32,000 nt of DNA from Candidatus Nanoarchaeia archaeon. GTDB lineage: Archaea > Nanobdellota > Nanobdellia > Woesearchaeales > JANQNC01. Below, piece by piece: positions 31,838-32,000 of this stretch. Numbering within the stretch: position 1 is the first letter of the stretch; every line of letters begins with the position of its first letter. The notes under the pieces are model-generated. The model was given only the letters and a program-made list of their open reading frames with translations. It had not been told where the DNA came from and ran no database searches. Both the position numbers and the translations under genes were made by a program. The stretch lies in assembly GCA_028279745.1 (NCBI GenBank), contig JANQNC010000001.1, forward strand, positions 420,001-452,000. The letters run 5' to 3'.

Positions 31838-32000
31838 TTATTTGATTGCCTTTACAGCACCAGAACCTAAAGAATCAATTTTCTTACTTAATCTTTGAGC
31901 TGCTTTTTTCAAAACATCTTTTGCAGATTTACCTGTTGTCTCAAGAACAATTCTAGGAACCCCAACCAAAGGGTGGTCTATCCTGTAAGCTGCTGCCTTA
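31838..32000 (-). CDS. rpoL: DNA-directed RNA polymerase subunit Rpo11/L, C-terminal part (gene runs off the right edge)
   Basis: My minus-strand translation gives ...KAAAYRIDHPLVGVPRIVLETTGKSAKDVLKKAAQRLSKKIDSLGSGAVKAIK*. The A-x-Y-R-I-x-H-P-L...I-x-x-x-T motif matches RpoL. Confidence 0.6.
   Translation of the reverse strand, partial: KAAAYRIDHPLVGVPRIVLETTGKSAKDVLKKAAQRLSKKIDSLGSGAVKAIK

Overview
This is a gene-dense, AT-rich (about one-third GC by eye) archaeal chromosomal segment. Gene content and order place it in Archaea: aIF2-gamma, S6e, L21e-Rpo4/F-DUF655, PIN/Fcf1-Rpo7-Spt4-S24e-S27ae, L1-P0-P1, the Rpo11/L C-terminus, a class I CCA-adding enzyme, PAC2, a NOG1-type GTPase and PyrG. 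The small proteins, sparse metabolism and many orphan genes suggest a small-genome, DPANN-like lineage (inference). Accessory DNA sits between the housekeeping blocks. It includes two type II toxin-antitoxin-like pairs (366-862 and 6497-7029) and a block of about 10 kb (7.9-18.2 kb) of orphan or accessory genes. That block holds a lipoprotein, a Zn-ribbon protein, a membrane/coiled-coil protein, an RlaP-type nucleotidyltransferase, a tandem-STAS protein, a Xer-type tyrosine recombinase, two divergent O-antigen-ligase-like membrane proteins and two divergent coiled-coil/winged-helix proteins. The block ends in the most unusual feature of the window, a gene-free locus of about 1 kb (17208-18222) built from three repeat modules: TGGGAC-A-GTCCCA dyads, A-tracts phased at about 10.7 bp, and seven same-strand AAAAGTGAGAGT-type repeats. 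The wHTH gene pair plus this repeat locus is my best candidate for an undescribed system. It could be an origin, a centromere-like site, a regulatory hub, or the att/arm-site end of an integrated element. I recognised no rRNA, tRNA, CRISPR array, cas gene, transposase or reverse transcriptase. Most first-in-operon genes carry a TATA box centred 26-28 nt upstream of the ATG (leaderless layout), while operon-internal genes show GGAGG/GAGGT Shine-Dalgarno-like motifs. All family assignments come from motif recognition by eye and memory, not from database searches.
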